A stretch of 64,000 nt of DNA. It comes from an uncultured Gammaproteobacteria bacterium (GTDB taxonomy: Bacteria; Pseudomonadota; Gammaproteobacteria; JACCXJ01). The stretch covers positions 224,001 through 288,000 of the forward strand of contig CAVXTM010000001.1 of the NCBI GenBank assembly GCA_963764725.1, written 5' to 3'. This document shows positions 21,668 through 31,535 of this stretch, in pieces. The stretch's first letter is position 1. Each line of letters opens with the position of its first letter. A model generated the notes under the pieces. That model was given only the letters and a program-made list of their open reading frames with translations, was not told the origin of the DNA and did not search any database. The translations under genes were made by a program, and so were the position numbers.

Positions 21668-22393
21668 ATGACGCTCCCGGCCGAAACGCGGCTGCCCATC
21701 ATCATGCAGCCGCAACCCGACGAGGCCACCTGCGGTCCGACCTGCCTGCACGCCGTGTATCAATTCTACGGCGGCAAGGACAGTCTGCGCGCCGTGATCG
21801 AACGTACGCAGCGCCTCGACACCGGCGGTACGCTGGCTGTCTTCCTCGCCTGCGATGCCTTGCGACAGGGCTATGCCGCAACCATCTACACCTATAACCT
21901 GCAAGTCTTCGATCCCACCTGGTTTAAAGCACCCGGCGCCGATGTGAGCGAACGTCTGCGGCAACAGATGCGGTATAAAACTCACGAGAAATTACAAATC
22001 GCTTGCCGTGGCTACTTGGAATTTCTTGGTCTCGGTGGGCAGTTGCGCTTTACCGACCTGACGCGGCGTTTGATCCGCGAGTATCTTGGCCGCTCCATAC
22101 CGATCCTGACCGCTTTGAGCGCGACCTATCTCTATCGCAGCATGCGCGAGTACGGGCCCAAGGACACGCCCGACGATATCCGCGGCGAGCCCTCCGGCCA
22201 TTTCGTGATACTGTCCGGATACAATCCGGCCGAGCGCACGGTGCTGGTCTCCGATCCCTTGCTGCCGAACCCATTCTCCGACACCCATCTCTATGCGATC
22301 GACGTGGACCGAGTAATCTGCTCCGTGCTCCTGGGGATCCTCACCTACGACGCCAATGTGCTCATCATCGGGCCGCGCTCCCAAGCGCAGTGA
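21668..22393 (+). CDS. Papain-fold peptidase C39-like protein
   Basis: QPDEATCGPTCL (Q...C), SGHFVILSGY (H), VSDP (D). Confidence 0.82.
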   Translation: MTLPAETRLPIIMQPQPDEATCGPTCLHAVYQFYGGKDSLRAVIERTQRLDTGGTLAVFLACDALRQGYAATIYTYNLQVFDPTWFKAPGADVSERLRQQMRYKTHEKLQIACRGYLEFLGLGGQLRFTDLTRRLIREYLGRSIPILTALSATYLYRSMREYGPKDTPDDIRGEPSGHFVILSGYNPAERTVLVSDPLLPNPFSDTHLYAIDVDRVICSVLLGILTYDANVLIIGPRSQAQ

Positions 22394-22405
22394 CACGACC
22401 CTTCG

Positions 22406-23878
22406 ATGTCTATTCTTATCGTCGTCAATAATCCTCGGGATTGGCCCTTGCACATTCCGGGGGTGGAGGTCGTTCCGGCCCGTGCCTACCTGAGCGATTC
22501 CAACTACAGCGTGGACCGCAGCGCCAAGGTTTTCAACCTTTGCAAATCCTACCGTTACCAGAGCGTCGGCTACTACGTCTCCCTGCTGGCCGCGGCCCGC
22601 GGCCACAAACCGCTCCCGAACATCAACACCATCGAGGATCTCAAGTCGCAGAACATCATTCGCCTTCTGGCCGAGGATCTGGATGATACGATCCAGCGCG
22701 CGCTTACGCCCTCCGGCAGCGAGGCATTCACGCTAAGCATCTATTTCGGACAGAATCCTCAGGGACGCTATGAAACCCTGAGCCGCCAGCTTTTCAACCT
22801 GTTCGAAGCGCCGGCCCTGCGCGCCCAGTTCGTCCGCGACCACGAATGGCGGCTCAAAAACGTGCGCCCGATCGCAGCCAACGAAATCCCCCCCGAGGAT
22901 CATGCCTTCGTGGTGGCCGCGGCCACGAACTATTTCTCCGGGCAGAAACGCCGCGTGCGCAAGCGCACCGTGCCGCGCTATGCCTTGGCTATCCTCCACA
23001 CCCCGAGCGAACCCCGGGGCGCTTCCGATACCAAGGCCCTGCAGCGTTTCGAGAAGGCCGCGGAAACCGTGGGGCTGGATGTCGAAATCATCTCCAAGGA
23101 CGATATTGGACGGCTTGCCGAATTCGACGCCTTGTTGATCCGCGACACCACGGCGGTCAATCACTATACCTATCGCTTCGCACGGCGTGCGGCCGCCGAG
23201 GGTTTGATCGTCATCGATGATCCAGACTCCATCCTCAAATGTACCAACAAAGTCTACTTGGCCGAGCTGCTCTTGCGCCACGGCGTTCCCACGCCCAAAA
23301 CGCTCGTCGTTCACCGCGACAACATCGATCAAATCGCCACCACGCTCGGCCTGCCGTGCGTCGTGAAACAGCCCGACAGCTCGTTCTCCCACGGGGTTGT
23401 GAAGATCGAGAATCTGCAGGATCTCGAGCCCACGGTGATCCAACTCTTGGAAAAGTCCGAGCTGGTCGTGGCGCAGGAATTCCTGCCCACGGAGTTCGAT
23501 TGGCGCGTGGGGATCTGCGACCGCCGCGCGCTCTACGTCTGCAAGTACTTCATGGTCCGCCGCCACTGGCAGATCATCAAGCGCGACGATTCCGGGAAAA
23601 TCGGCGGCGAAGGGAGCGTGCAGACGCTAAGCGTGGGTGAAACCCCCGAGGAAGTGATCCGCGCCGCGTTGAAGGCCGCGGATCTTATCGGCGATGGGCT
23701 ATACGGTGTCGATATCAAGCAAATCGGCCGGCGCTGCTGCGTGATCGAGGTCAACGACAACCCGAATATCGATGCCGGATACGAGGACGCCGTGCTGCGC
23801 GACGGCCTTTATCGGGAGATCATGGGAATATTTTTAAGGCGGATCGTGGAGCGCAAGCAAGCTCGGCACGAACGATGA
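22406..23878 (+). CDS. RimK-family ATP-grasp ligase with N-terminal RLAN domain
   Basis: NLCKSYRYQSVGYYVSLLAAARGH (RLAN), CTNKVYL, QEFLPTEFDWR, YGVDIKQ, IEVNDNP. Confidence 0.9.
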   Translation: MSILIVVNNPRDWPLHIPGVEVVPARAYLSDSNYSVDRSAKVFNLCKSYRYQSVGYYVSLLAAARGHKPLPNINTIEDLKSQNIIRLLAEDLDDTIQRALTPSGSEAFTLSIYFGQNPQGRYETLSRQLFNLFEAPALRAQFVRDHEWRLKNVRPIAANEIPPEDHAFVVAAATNYFSGQKRRVRKRTVPRYALAILHTPSEPRGASDTKALQRFEKAAETVGLDVEIISKDDIGRLAEFDALLIRDTTAVNHYTYRFARRAAAEGLIVIDDPDSILKCTNKVYLAELLLRHGVPTPKTLVVHRDNIDQIATTLGLPCVVKQPDSSFSHGVVKIENLQDLEPTVIQLLEKSELVVAQEFLPTEFDWRVGICDRRALYVCKYFMVRRHWQIIKRDDSGKIGGEGSVQTLSVGETPEEVIRAALKAADLIGDGLYGVDIKQIGRRCCVIEVNDNPNIDAGYEDAVLRDGLYREIMGIFLRRIVERKQARHER

Positions 23879-25116
23879 TCTCGGTGAGCGCGGGCCCACT
23901 GTCCTTGTTTGCCGGCTTCGGGATCGAGCTCGAGTACATGATCGTCGACCGTGCGAGCTTGGATGTCTTGCCGATCGCCGATAAGCTCATCCATGCCGTG
24001 GCCGGCAATTATCGATCCGAGCTCGAGCAAGGGGAGCTTGCCTGGTCCAATGAGTTGGTCCTGCATGTTATCGAGATCAAGACCAATGGGCCGGCCGGCG
24101 CGCTGCAACCCTTACCGGCGCTGTTCCATCGCGACATCAGGCACATCAACGAGTTACTCGCGCCGCATGAAGCCTGTCTGATGCCCGGGGCCGTACATCC
24201 TTGGATGGATCCGCGTAGCGACACCCGGCTCTGGCCGCACGAGTACAACCCCGTCTACGAAGCCTATGACCGGATCTTCGGCTGCCAGGGACATGGGTGG
24301 TCGAATTTGCAAAGCGTGCACCTTAACCTGCCGTTCGCGGGCGATGCGGAGTTCGCACGCTTGCATGCCGCCATTCGCGTGCTGCTACCAGTGTTGCCTG
24401 CCCTCGCCGCAAGCTCGCCTATCGTCGAAGGACAGTTCACCGGCATGCTCGACTACCGGCTCGAAGCCTATCGCTTGAACGCGTGCAAGATCCCCTCGAT
24501 CACCGGGCGCGTGATCCCCGAAACCGTGTCGAGCCGCAGAGACTACGAGGCCATGATCCTCGGCCCGATGTACCGCGATATCGCGCCCTTCGATCCGGCA
24601 GCCATTCTGCGACAGGAGTGGCTCAACTCGCGCGGCGCCATCGCGCGCTTTGACCGTTCGGCGATCGAAATCCGAGTCCTCGATATTCAGGAATGTCCGC
24701 TGGCGGACTTGGCGGTTCTAGCCGCCATCGTGAGCACGTTGCGGTGGCTCACCGCCGGAGACTGGGGCGATCTCAAAGCACAGCAAGCGCTTACGACTGA
24801 GGAACTGGAGGCTATCCTGCTGGAAACCGCGCGTAGCGGCGAACAAGCGATCATCGACAATACGCACTTTCTGCGTGTTTTGAAGTTCCCGGAACGGCGT
24901 TGCGAGGCGCGCGATCTCTGGCAACATCTGATGGAGACGGCGCCCGCGGGTGAGCTCTGGCGCACACCCCTGTGGACGATCCTGCGCTCGGGCCCGCTCG
25001 CGCGGCGCCTGCTGCGCGCCGCGGGTAAGGAGCCGAAACGCTCGCGCCTCATCGCGGTTTACGCCGAGCTTTGCCGCTGCCTGGCCGAGGGACGCCAGTT
25101 CCTTGGCCTCGATTAA
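23875..25116 (+). CDS. Glutamate-cysteine ligase family 2 (GCS2) carboxylate-amine ligase
   Basis: GIELEYMIVD, NELVLHVIEIKT, HPWMDP, QSVHLN, AIEIRVLDIQ. Confidence 0.87.
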   Translation: MISVSAGPLSLFAGFGIELEYMIVDRASLDVLPIADKLIHAVAGNYRSELEQGELAWSNELVLHVIEIKTNGPAGALQPLPALFHRDIRHINELLAPHEACLMPGAVHPWMDPRSDTRLWPHEYNPVYEAYDRIFGCQGHGWSNLQSVHLNLPFAGDAEFARLHAAIRVLLPVLPALAASSPIVEGQFTGMLDYRLEAYRLNACKIPSITGRVIPETVSSRRDYEAMILGPMYRDIAPFDPAAILRQEWLNSRGAIARFDRSAIEIRVLDIQECPLADLAVLAAIVSTLRWLTAGDWGDLKAQQALTTEELEAILLETARSGEQAIIDNTHFLRVLKFPERRCEARDLWQHLMETAPAGELWRTPLWTILRSGPLARRLLRAAGKEPKRSRLIAVYAELCRCLAEGRQFLGLD

Positions 25117-25819
25117 TTGCGTTATTGTCACCTGCGAGCACGCGAGCCGCCGCGTGCCGTCCCGCTACCGTGCGTTATTTCGTGGTCAGGAAGCAGTGCT
25201 CAAAACTCATCGCGGATCCGATCTCGGCGCGCTACGGCTCGCGCGCGAGCTCGCTATGGCGTTGGAAGCACCGCTCTTCGCCGGGAGCGTAACTAGGCTC
25301 CTAATCGATCTGAATCGCTCCTTACATCACATGAAGTTGTACTCCGCGATCTCGCGCGCTTCTAACGAGAACGACCTGCGGAGGCTCGCCGCGAACTATT
25401 ACCTGCCGTACCGGAACGCGGTGGAAAATTGGATCGCGCGCCGCGCCCGCCGAGGCCGCACAGTCTTGCACCTTTCCGTCCATAGCTTCACGCCGGTTTT
25501 GGACGGGCAGGTACGGCATGCCGATATCGGGCTTCTTTACGATCCCCGGCGGGCGTTGGAACGAACGCTCTGCGGCGCGTGGCGCCGGGCCCTTTGCAGG
25601 GCGGCGCCTGAGCTTACGCTACGGCTAAATTACCCTTATCGCGGTACGGCGGACGGCTTTACGGCATACCTCCGCGACCGGTTCCCTTCTAGCGCTTATC
25701 TCGGGATCGAAATAGAAGTCAACCAAACGCTTGTCCGTAGCGGCTGGAAGCCGCTACGGCAGTTGCTTCGCGCGACACTCAAGGAAACTCTTTGCAGCAT
25801 GCTTCCATCGGCTGCTTAA
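25103..25819 (+). CDS. N-formylglutamate amidohydrolase family protein
   Basis: TCEHAS, HRGSDLG, RLLIDLNRS, SVHSFTP, IEIEVNQ; TTG start inferred. Confidence 0.85.
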   Translation: MASINCVIVTCEHASRRVPSRYRALFRGQEAVLKTHRGSDLGALRLARELAMALEAPLFAGSVTRLLIDLNRSLHHMKLYSAISRASNENDLRRLAANYYLPYRNAVENWIARRARRGRTVLHLSVHSFTPVLDGQVRHADIGLLYDPRRALERTLCGAWRRALCRAAPELTLRLNYPYRGTADGFTAYLRDRFPSSAYLGIEIEVNQTLVRSGWKPLRQLLRATLKETLCSMLPSAA

Positions 25820-25920
25820 TCGCTGTTTAATAGCAACTGCGACGCCCGATCAGCTCCGCTCGAGCTGGGGTTTTTGTGCACGGCTTTTGCTGTCTATGCG
25901 CATCGGGAGACTAACTAATC

Positions 25921-27393
25921 ATGACCAAGACTGCAGCGATTCCATTCCAGACATTACTCGGCGGACTGTTTCTAGCCTTGGGAACTTTGATTCCGGCGGC
26001 TTCCGCGGCCACCCCGCGGGCTGACACCGCTTCCAGAAGCATTGGCGACCCGTTCCCCCAGCCGCCGGAACTGCGAGATGCGGTGGATTTTTGGCGGCGG
26101 GTGTTCGCCGTTTGGCGACGCGACCAGGTCGTTTTGCACGATACCGAAAACCTAGGCATCGTCTACGACATCGTTGAACTTCCGGGGGCGGTGGGGGACG
26201 CGCAGACCCCACGCCAACAAGCCTACGTGCGTGCCCGGAGACTATCCTTGGAGCGCGGATTGCGGGAGCTGGCGCGCCGGGTCAAGTTTAGAATGGGCTT
26301 GAACAAAGAACAGCAGCGTCTGCTCGGTGTGATCGGTCACGGCGCCGGCACCCATGTCGTGGCGGGCGCGGACTCCCGGGTACGGGCCCAGCGCGGTATG
26401 CGCGAGCGGTTCCTGAAAGGTCTGGAGATCAGCGGCCGCTACGATCGGCTCATGCGCGATATATTCCGCGACGCGGCGTTGCCCGAGGATCTCGCGCTCC
26501 TACCCCACATTGAATCGTCGTTCGTTAACAACGCCCGCTCCTCGGCGGGCGCCGCCGGGATTTGGCAGTTCATGCCGGAGACTGGCCGGCGGTTCCTCCG
26601 CATCAACAGCGCGGTCGATGAACGCTTCGATCCTATCCTGGCCGCGCATGGCGCCGCCCGCTACTTGCGGAACGCCTACGATGATCTCGGCGACTGGGCC
26701 CTCGCCATCACTTCTTATAACCACGGCGTGGGCGGGATGGTGCGCGCTCAACGGCAGTTCGGGCGTGACTTCGGTCGCATCGTCCGGAGCTACCGCGGCA
26801 AGACCTTTGGATTTTCCTCACGTAACTTTTACGCAGAATTTCTGGCTGTCCGTTCCATCCTTGATGCTGAACGGCGCTATTTCCCCGAAGGGGTGCGCTA
26901 CCAGCGCCCCTTGAACCATCAACGTTTCCGGTTGAAACAAACGCTTCCTCTCACGCGACTAGCAACGAGTTACGGCGTCCACCGCGAGCTTCTCGTTGAT
27001 CTTAACCCGGCCTGGACACGGCGGGCGGCGCGCGGACTCGTTTCCCTACCGGCCGGTTCTGAGATCTGGTTGCCGAGCGGGACTCGGCTTGCGAGTGCGG
27101 GGACTTTCGCGGAATCGGTATCGCCGGCGGGCCGGGAGTTCATTCGCCCGAGCGGAGAATTCCTGCGCGCGGGTTTGGTCTACAACCCGATGAAGTTTTC
27201 GCCGATCCCCACCGAAACAATGCCGCGGCGGAAGCGGTCTAAGGACCGTACCCATATCGTGCGGAAAGGCGAATCGTGCTCTTTGGTCGCAAGCCGATAT
27301 AACGTACCGTTGAAGGACCTTATGGCTATGAACGATATCGGGCACCGGGGCACCATCCGGCCCGGACAGCGATTGCGTATCCCGGCGCGTTAG
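25921..27393 (+). CDS. Lytic transglycosylase (SLT) with C-terminal LysM (MltD-like)
   Basis: Signal peptide, PHIESSF, AGAAGIWQFM, AITSYNHG, LysM HIVRKGES...PGQRLRIP. Confidence 0.88.
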   Translation: MTKTAAIPFQTLLGGLFLALGTLIPAASAATPRADTASRSIGDPFPQPPELRDAVDFWRRVFAVWRRDQVVLHDTENLGIVYDIVELPGAVGDAQTPRQQAYVRARRLSLERGLRELARRVKFRMGLNKEQQRLLGVIGHGAGTHVVAGADSRVRAQRGMRERFLKGLEISGRYDRLMRDIFRDAALPEDLALLPHIESSFVNNARSSAGAAGIWQFMPETGRRFLRINSAVDERFDPILAAHGAARYLRNAYDDLGDWALAITSYNHGVGGMVRAQRQFGRDFGRIVRSYRGKTFGFSSRNFYAEFLAVRSILDAERRYFPEGVRYQRPLNHQRFRLKQTLPLTRLATSYGVHRELLVDLNPAWTRRAARGLVSLPAGSEIWLPSGTRLASAGTFAESVSPAGREFIRPSGEFLRAGLVYNPMKFSPIPTETMPRRKRSKDRTHIVRKGESCSLVASRYNVPLKDLMAMNDIGHRGTIRPGQRLRIPAR

Positions 27394-27415
27394 GGAGAAT
27401 AAATAAAGCCGCGCC

Positions 27416-30400
27416 ATGACACGCAGGGCACGCAAAATATTGGTGAGGATCTTGTCCTGGAGCGCGGTGGCCGGGCTCGTAACCGTCGGGGCGCATTTCC
27501 TTATCGAGGAAATGGATTCGTCGGCGCTCCAATCCCGCTATCTTTCGTCCTTAGGCACCCAACTGACCTATACCCTGGAACCGGGATCGAGCGCGCAAAT
27601 TCGCTTTCCCGAGACCGGACCCTATGATTTGCGGCTCGGTTATGTCGGCCTCCCGGCCTTTGTTAAGCGTCTGCGGCAGTTCGGTTACGAGGTCGAGAAG
27701 CAGGCACGCTTCTCGCCCATGCTGGAGCGCGTGGTCGACGCCGGATTGTTTACCGCGTACCGGGAGAAAACCCAGGGGGGGCTCCGGATCTTCGATCGTG
27801 ACGATCGCCTCCTTTTCAAAGCGATCTACCCGGCGCGCGTCTACTCGGACTTCGCGTCGATTCCACCGCTCGTTCTGCACACCTTGCTTTACATCGAAAA
27901 CCGGGAACTGCTGGACGAGAACAAGCGCCATAAGAATCCGGCAATAGAATGGGACCGCTTCGGACGGGCGGTGTTCGAAGGACTGACGCAAAAACTGGGC
28001 GCCAATATCCATGTCACCGGGGGCAGCACGCTGGCCACACAACTGGAGAAATACCGTCATTCGCCGGGTGGCCAGACAGCTTCTGTCGGGGACAAGTTAC
28101 GGCAGATGGCGAGCGCCTCGTTGCGCGCTTACCTCCAGAGTCCCGACACCTTCGAGTCCCGGCGCGCAATCGCGCTTGCCTATGTGAATACCATCCCACT
28201 CGCGGCCGCCCGCGGTTACGGCGAAGTTCACGGCCTCGGCGATGGCCTGTGGGTTTGGTATGGCCAGGATTTTTCGGCGGTGAATGATCTGTTGCGCGAG
28301 GAAGGTATCGGCGGTGCTGGGCTCGGGGAGCGGGCAGCAGCTTACCGCGACACGCTGTCGCTGCTATTGGCCCAGCGGCGTCCAGCGTACTTCCTCGGGG
28401 GCGGTCATAAGGCGTTGCAACGGTTAGCCGACAGCTACCTGCGGCTCCTCGCGACTGATGGCATCATCCCAGCCGCTTTGCGTGATGCCGCCCTCAGAAG
28501 ACGCAACGTGCCGCGCCACGGACCCGTGGAGCAAGCGCAACGAGAGTTTGCCGATCATAAAACCGAGACCGTGCTGCGCTCTCGTTTAGCCCAGGCACTG
28601 GGTGTCTCGCGCTTGTATGATCTGGATCGGCTGGATCTGAGCGCGAAAAGCACCATCGATAAATCAGCGCAGCAGGCCGTGACGCACGCTTTGCGAAGTC
28701 TTTCTGTTATGGAACACGCCCACGCCGCGGGGCTCGTTGGGTTTCGCTTGTTTGGCGAAGGCAACGATTTAAGCCGTGTAGTCTATAGCATGACCCTATT
28801 CGAGCGCAGCCCGAAGGGTAATCTTCTACGGGTGCAGACCGATAGTTACGCAAACCCGCTCGACATCAACGAGGGCGTGCGACTGGATCTCGGATCGACC
28901 GCCAAGCTGCGTACTCTGGTGCATTATCTCGAGATCGTGGCCGAGGTACATCGGCGCTACGCGGGCGCCAAGGGCAAGGAACTTAATAAGCCCGACGTTC
29001 ATGCGCGCGACCGCCTATCGCAGTGGGTGGTCGACCAGTTGCGTTCAAACCCGCACATGACGCTCTCCGCGCTACTGAGCCGCGCTTTGGAACGGCGGTA
29101 TTCGGCCAACCCCGGGGAACAATTTTTTACCGGCGGAGGGCTGCACAGTTTCGTCAACTTCAACGCCGCCGATAATGGCAAGGTCCTGTCCGTCCGGGAG
29201 GGATTGCGCGATTCCGTAAACCTTGTTTTTATCCGCATAATGCGCGACATCGTGTATTACCATCTGTACAAACCCGGGAGCGTGGGACGTAAGACCGAAT
29301 TCGCCGACAGCGAGTGGCGCCGCAAGTATCTTGAGCGTTTTGCCGACCAGGAGGGCCAAGCGTTTCTGCGCCGCTTCTATGCGAAGTACAGGGGCAAAAA
29401 ACCGGGCCAAGTGATGAACTTACTGGCCGAGAGCGTCTACCCTACCGCGGTGCGTCTGGCCACCGTCTATCGCTCGGTTTTTCCCGACCGCACCTTGCGC
29501 GCGTTTACCGGATACCTGCGTCAACACGTCGATGCTGCTCACCTTTCGGAGCCCAAGGTCAAAGACCTCTATGATAAGTATTCTCCCGAACGCTACAATC
29601 TGCACGACCGCGGTTATCTAGCCCACATCCATCCGCTGGAGCTGTGGCTTGTAACTTACCTCATAGCACACCCCGCCGCCCCCTTCGCGGATGTCGTTGC
29701 GGCGAGCACGCAACAACGCCAGGAGGTGTATCAATGGCTGTTTAAGACCCGCCGTAAGCATGCCCAGGACAAACGCATCCAAGGCTTGCTCGAAATAGAG
29801 GCTTTCGGAGACGTTCACAGCGCGTGGCAACGCCTTGGATATCCATTTGAGACCCTCACGCCTTCTTATGCTTGCGCTATCGGCGCCTCCGCGGATCGTC
29901 CCGGGGCGCTGGCGGAGCTCGTTGGGATCCTGCTTAATGAGGGCGTGCGCTATCCGGCGGTCCGTTTCGAATCTCTGCACTTCGCGGCGAGCACGCCTTA
30001 TGAGACAGTTATCGAGCGGCCGCTTGCGCACGGACAGGCGGTGCTTGCGCCCGAGGTCGCGGCCGCGGCGCGCGCCGCGCTCATCGATGTGGTTGAGAAC
30101 GGCACGGCGCAGAGGCTTAAAGGGGCAATTAAAGATCCTCGCGGCATGCCATTGATTGTCGCTGGCAAGACCGGCACCGGCGATCATCGCCGAGACGTTT
30201 ATGGCGCGGGCGGACGCCTGATCGAGTCGCGCGTTCTAAACCGCACGGCGACCTTCGCCTTTATCCTTGGCGAACGGTTCTTCGGCGCCATCACCGCGTT
30301 TGTGTCGGGCCCGGAAGCGGCGCGTTATCGTTTTACGAGCGCGCTACCGGTGCAGGTTTTGAAATCCCTTGCGCCGATCTTAGAGCCTGTCATTGCGCGC

Positions 30401-30487
30401 GCAGAGCCTGTGGCAGTTCGGGGTTTACTTGCCACTAAGGATAGCCCATCGGTGCAGGCGACGATTAAGGGGGCGCACAAAGGTTGA
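27416..30487 (+). CDS. Large atypical class A PBP-like transglycosylase/transpeptidase protein
   Basis: N-terminal TM, IENR and GGSTLATQLEK (GT51 motifs), STAK (SxxK), SVN (SxN), KTGT. Confidence 0.82.
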   Translation: MTRRARKILVRILSWSAVAGLVTVGAHFLIEEMDSSALQSRYLSSLGTQLTYTLEPGSSAQIRFPETGPYDLRLGYVGLPAFVKRLRQFGYEVEKQARFSPMLERVVDAGLFTAYREKTQGGLRIFDRDDRLLFKAIYPARVYSDFASIPPLVLHTLLYIENRELLDENKRHKNPAIEWDRFGRAVFEGLTQKLGANIHVTGGSTLATQLEKYRHSPGGQTASVGDKLRQMASASLRAYLQSPDTFESRRAIALAYVNTIPLAAARGYGEVHGLGDGLWVWYGQDFSAVNDLLREEGIGGAGLGERAAAYRDTLSLLLAQRRPAYFLGGGHKALQRLADSYLRLLATDGIIPAALRDAALRRRNVPRHGPVEQAQREFADHKTETVLRSRLAQALGVSRLYDLDRLDLSAKSTIDKSAQQAVTHALRSLSVMEHAHAAGLVGFRLFGEGNDLSRVVYSMTLFERSPKGNLLRVQTDSYANPLDINEGVRLDLGSTAKLRTLVHYLEIVAEVHRRYAGAKGKELNKPDVHARDRLSQWVVDQLRSNPHMTLSALLSRALERRYSANPGEQFFTGGGLHSFVNFNAADNGKVLSVREGLRDSVNLVFIRIMRDIVYYHLYKPGSVGRKTEFADSEWRRKYLERFADQEGQAFLRRFYAKYRGKKPGQVMNLLAESVYPTAVRLATVYRSVFPDRTLRAFTGYLRQHVDAAHLSEPKVKDLYDKYSPERYNLHDRGYLAHIHPLELWLVTYLIAHPAAPFADVVAASTQQRQEVYQWLFKTRRKHAQDKRIQGLLEIEAFGDVHSAWQRLGYPFETLTPSYACAIGASADRPGALAELVGILLNEGVRYPAVRFESLHFAASTPYETVIERPLAHGQAVLAPEVAAAARAALIDVVENGTAQRLKGAIKDPRGMPLIVAGKTGTGDHRRDVYGAGGRLIESRVLNRTATFAFILGERFFGAITAFVSGPEAARYRFTSALPVQVLKSLAPILEPVIARAEPVAVRGLLATKDSPSVQATIKGAHKG

Positions 30488-30715
30488 ACTGCGTTCCGCG
30501 CGATTGGCGCCCGTGTCCAAAGCCGTCGCGCGCCATTTCGCGTACTTTCACGCCCGCTGCATGCATGGTCTTCGCGGCGTGACCCGCGAAGTTGTCGACG
30601 GTTGGTCGGATCGCTCGACCCATCGGCTACACCATTCCATTCGACAGTACCCGAGCTAAGACTAGGTGTCCCGCAAATGAATTGCCTGGCTGACGTTGGG
30701 CGACACGAGCGCTCC

Positions 30716-30730
30716 TGGCACGCAAATAGC
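30716..30730 (+). promoter_or_regulatory. Candidate sigma54 -24/-12 promoter
   Basis: TGGCACG-CAAA-TAGC versus consensus TGGCACG-N4-TTGC; GG-N10-GC spacing intact; ~52 nt upstream of ATG 30783. Confidence 0.55.
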
Positions 30731-30782
30731 CTGAATCCCTATGAGAGCACAAGAAGCCTCGACCATATTAGAGAGAACCACA

Positions 30783-30956
30783 ATGGCAAATCTGAAAGAA
30801 CGCTTCGGAGAGATGGAATCTCTTCAGGCCCAACACGTAAGCCGGGAAGACACGCTCGTTAACTGGTCCCTGGATGATTTCTCAGACATCGTACCCATGT
30901 CGTTACTCCGTGACGACCCCAGCTTGATGAAAGTCCCCGACGAATTTATTCACTGA
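30783..30956 (+). CDS. Small acidic hypothetical protein (57 aa)
   Basis: MANLKERFGEMESLQ...PDEFIH; purine-rich RBS GAGAGA. Confidence 0.6.
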   Translation: MANLKERFGEMESLQAQHVSREDTLVNWSLDDFSDIVPMSLLRDDPSLMKVPDEFIH

Positions 30957-30979
30957 TATTCTGTGATACGGAGAGTCCC

Positions 30980-31183
30980 ATGACACGGACACAAGCTCTA
31001 GCGGTAGACGAAGCGTGCCTCTCCCGGCTGATCGACCAACGCTACGGCGATGGGCAAATCTATCTGAAGAACGCCAATGAGAAACCCATCCTACCGGCGG
31101 GTATTTACTTGGGACTGGTGAGTGAAGAGGGCTACATGACCCGCCACGGCAAACAGTTATGGGCCCAGCATATGGGCGGCTAG
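30980..31183 (+). CDS. Small hypothetical protein (67 aa)
   Basis: GGAGAG RBS; 23 nt after the previous ORF; GLVSEEGYMTRHGK. Confidence 0.6.
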   Translation: MTRTQALAVDEACLSRLIDQRYGDGQIYLKNANEKPILPAGIYLGLVSEEGYMTRHGKQLWAQHMGG

Positions 31184-31274
31184 CGCGCCCCGTCATGACA
31201 GGAGAGCCTATCGCGAGGTAGGACACGCCCATACCCGGTGGCGGCAAACTCTGGATTGATTATATAGTAGTCCC

Positions 31275-31535
31275 ATGAACGACACTGTGCCGACTTTGCC
31301 GGTAACTGCCGTACTGGACGTAACGGATTTAAAGTGCCCATTGCCGTTGCTCAAGACCAAGGTCGAGCTGAACCGGATTCAACCTGGGCAAATCCTGCGG
31401 GTCTTGGCGACCGATCCCATGGCGGTCGTGGACCTGCGGGCCTTTTGTGTGCGCAGTGGACACGAGATGCTGCGTTGGGACGAGCGCGGACGGGTGTGGG
31501 AATTTTTGATCCGTAAAGCGGCGAGCGATTCATAA
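31275..31535 (+). CDS. TusA/SirA family sulfurtransferase
   Basis: LDVTDLKCPLPLLK (CPxP), VLATDP. Confidence 0.9.
   Translation: MNDTVPTLPVTAVLDVTDLKCPLPLLKTKVELNRIQPGQILRVLATDPMAVVDLRAFCVRSGHEMLRWDERGRVWEFLIRKAASDS

Noticed and set aside
25876-25890. sigma54-like site GTGCACGGCTTTTGC upstream of the SLT gene
   Set aside because: Lacks the invariant GG at -24
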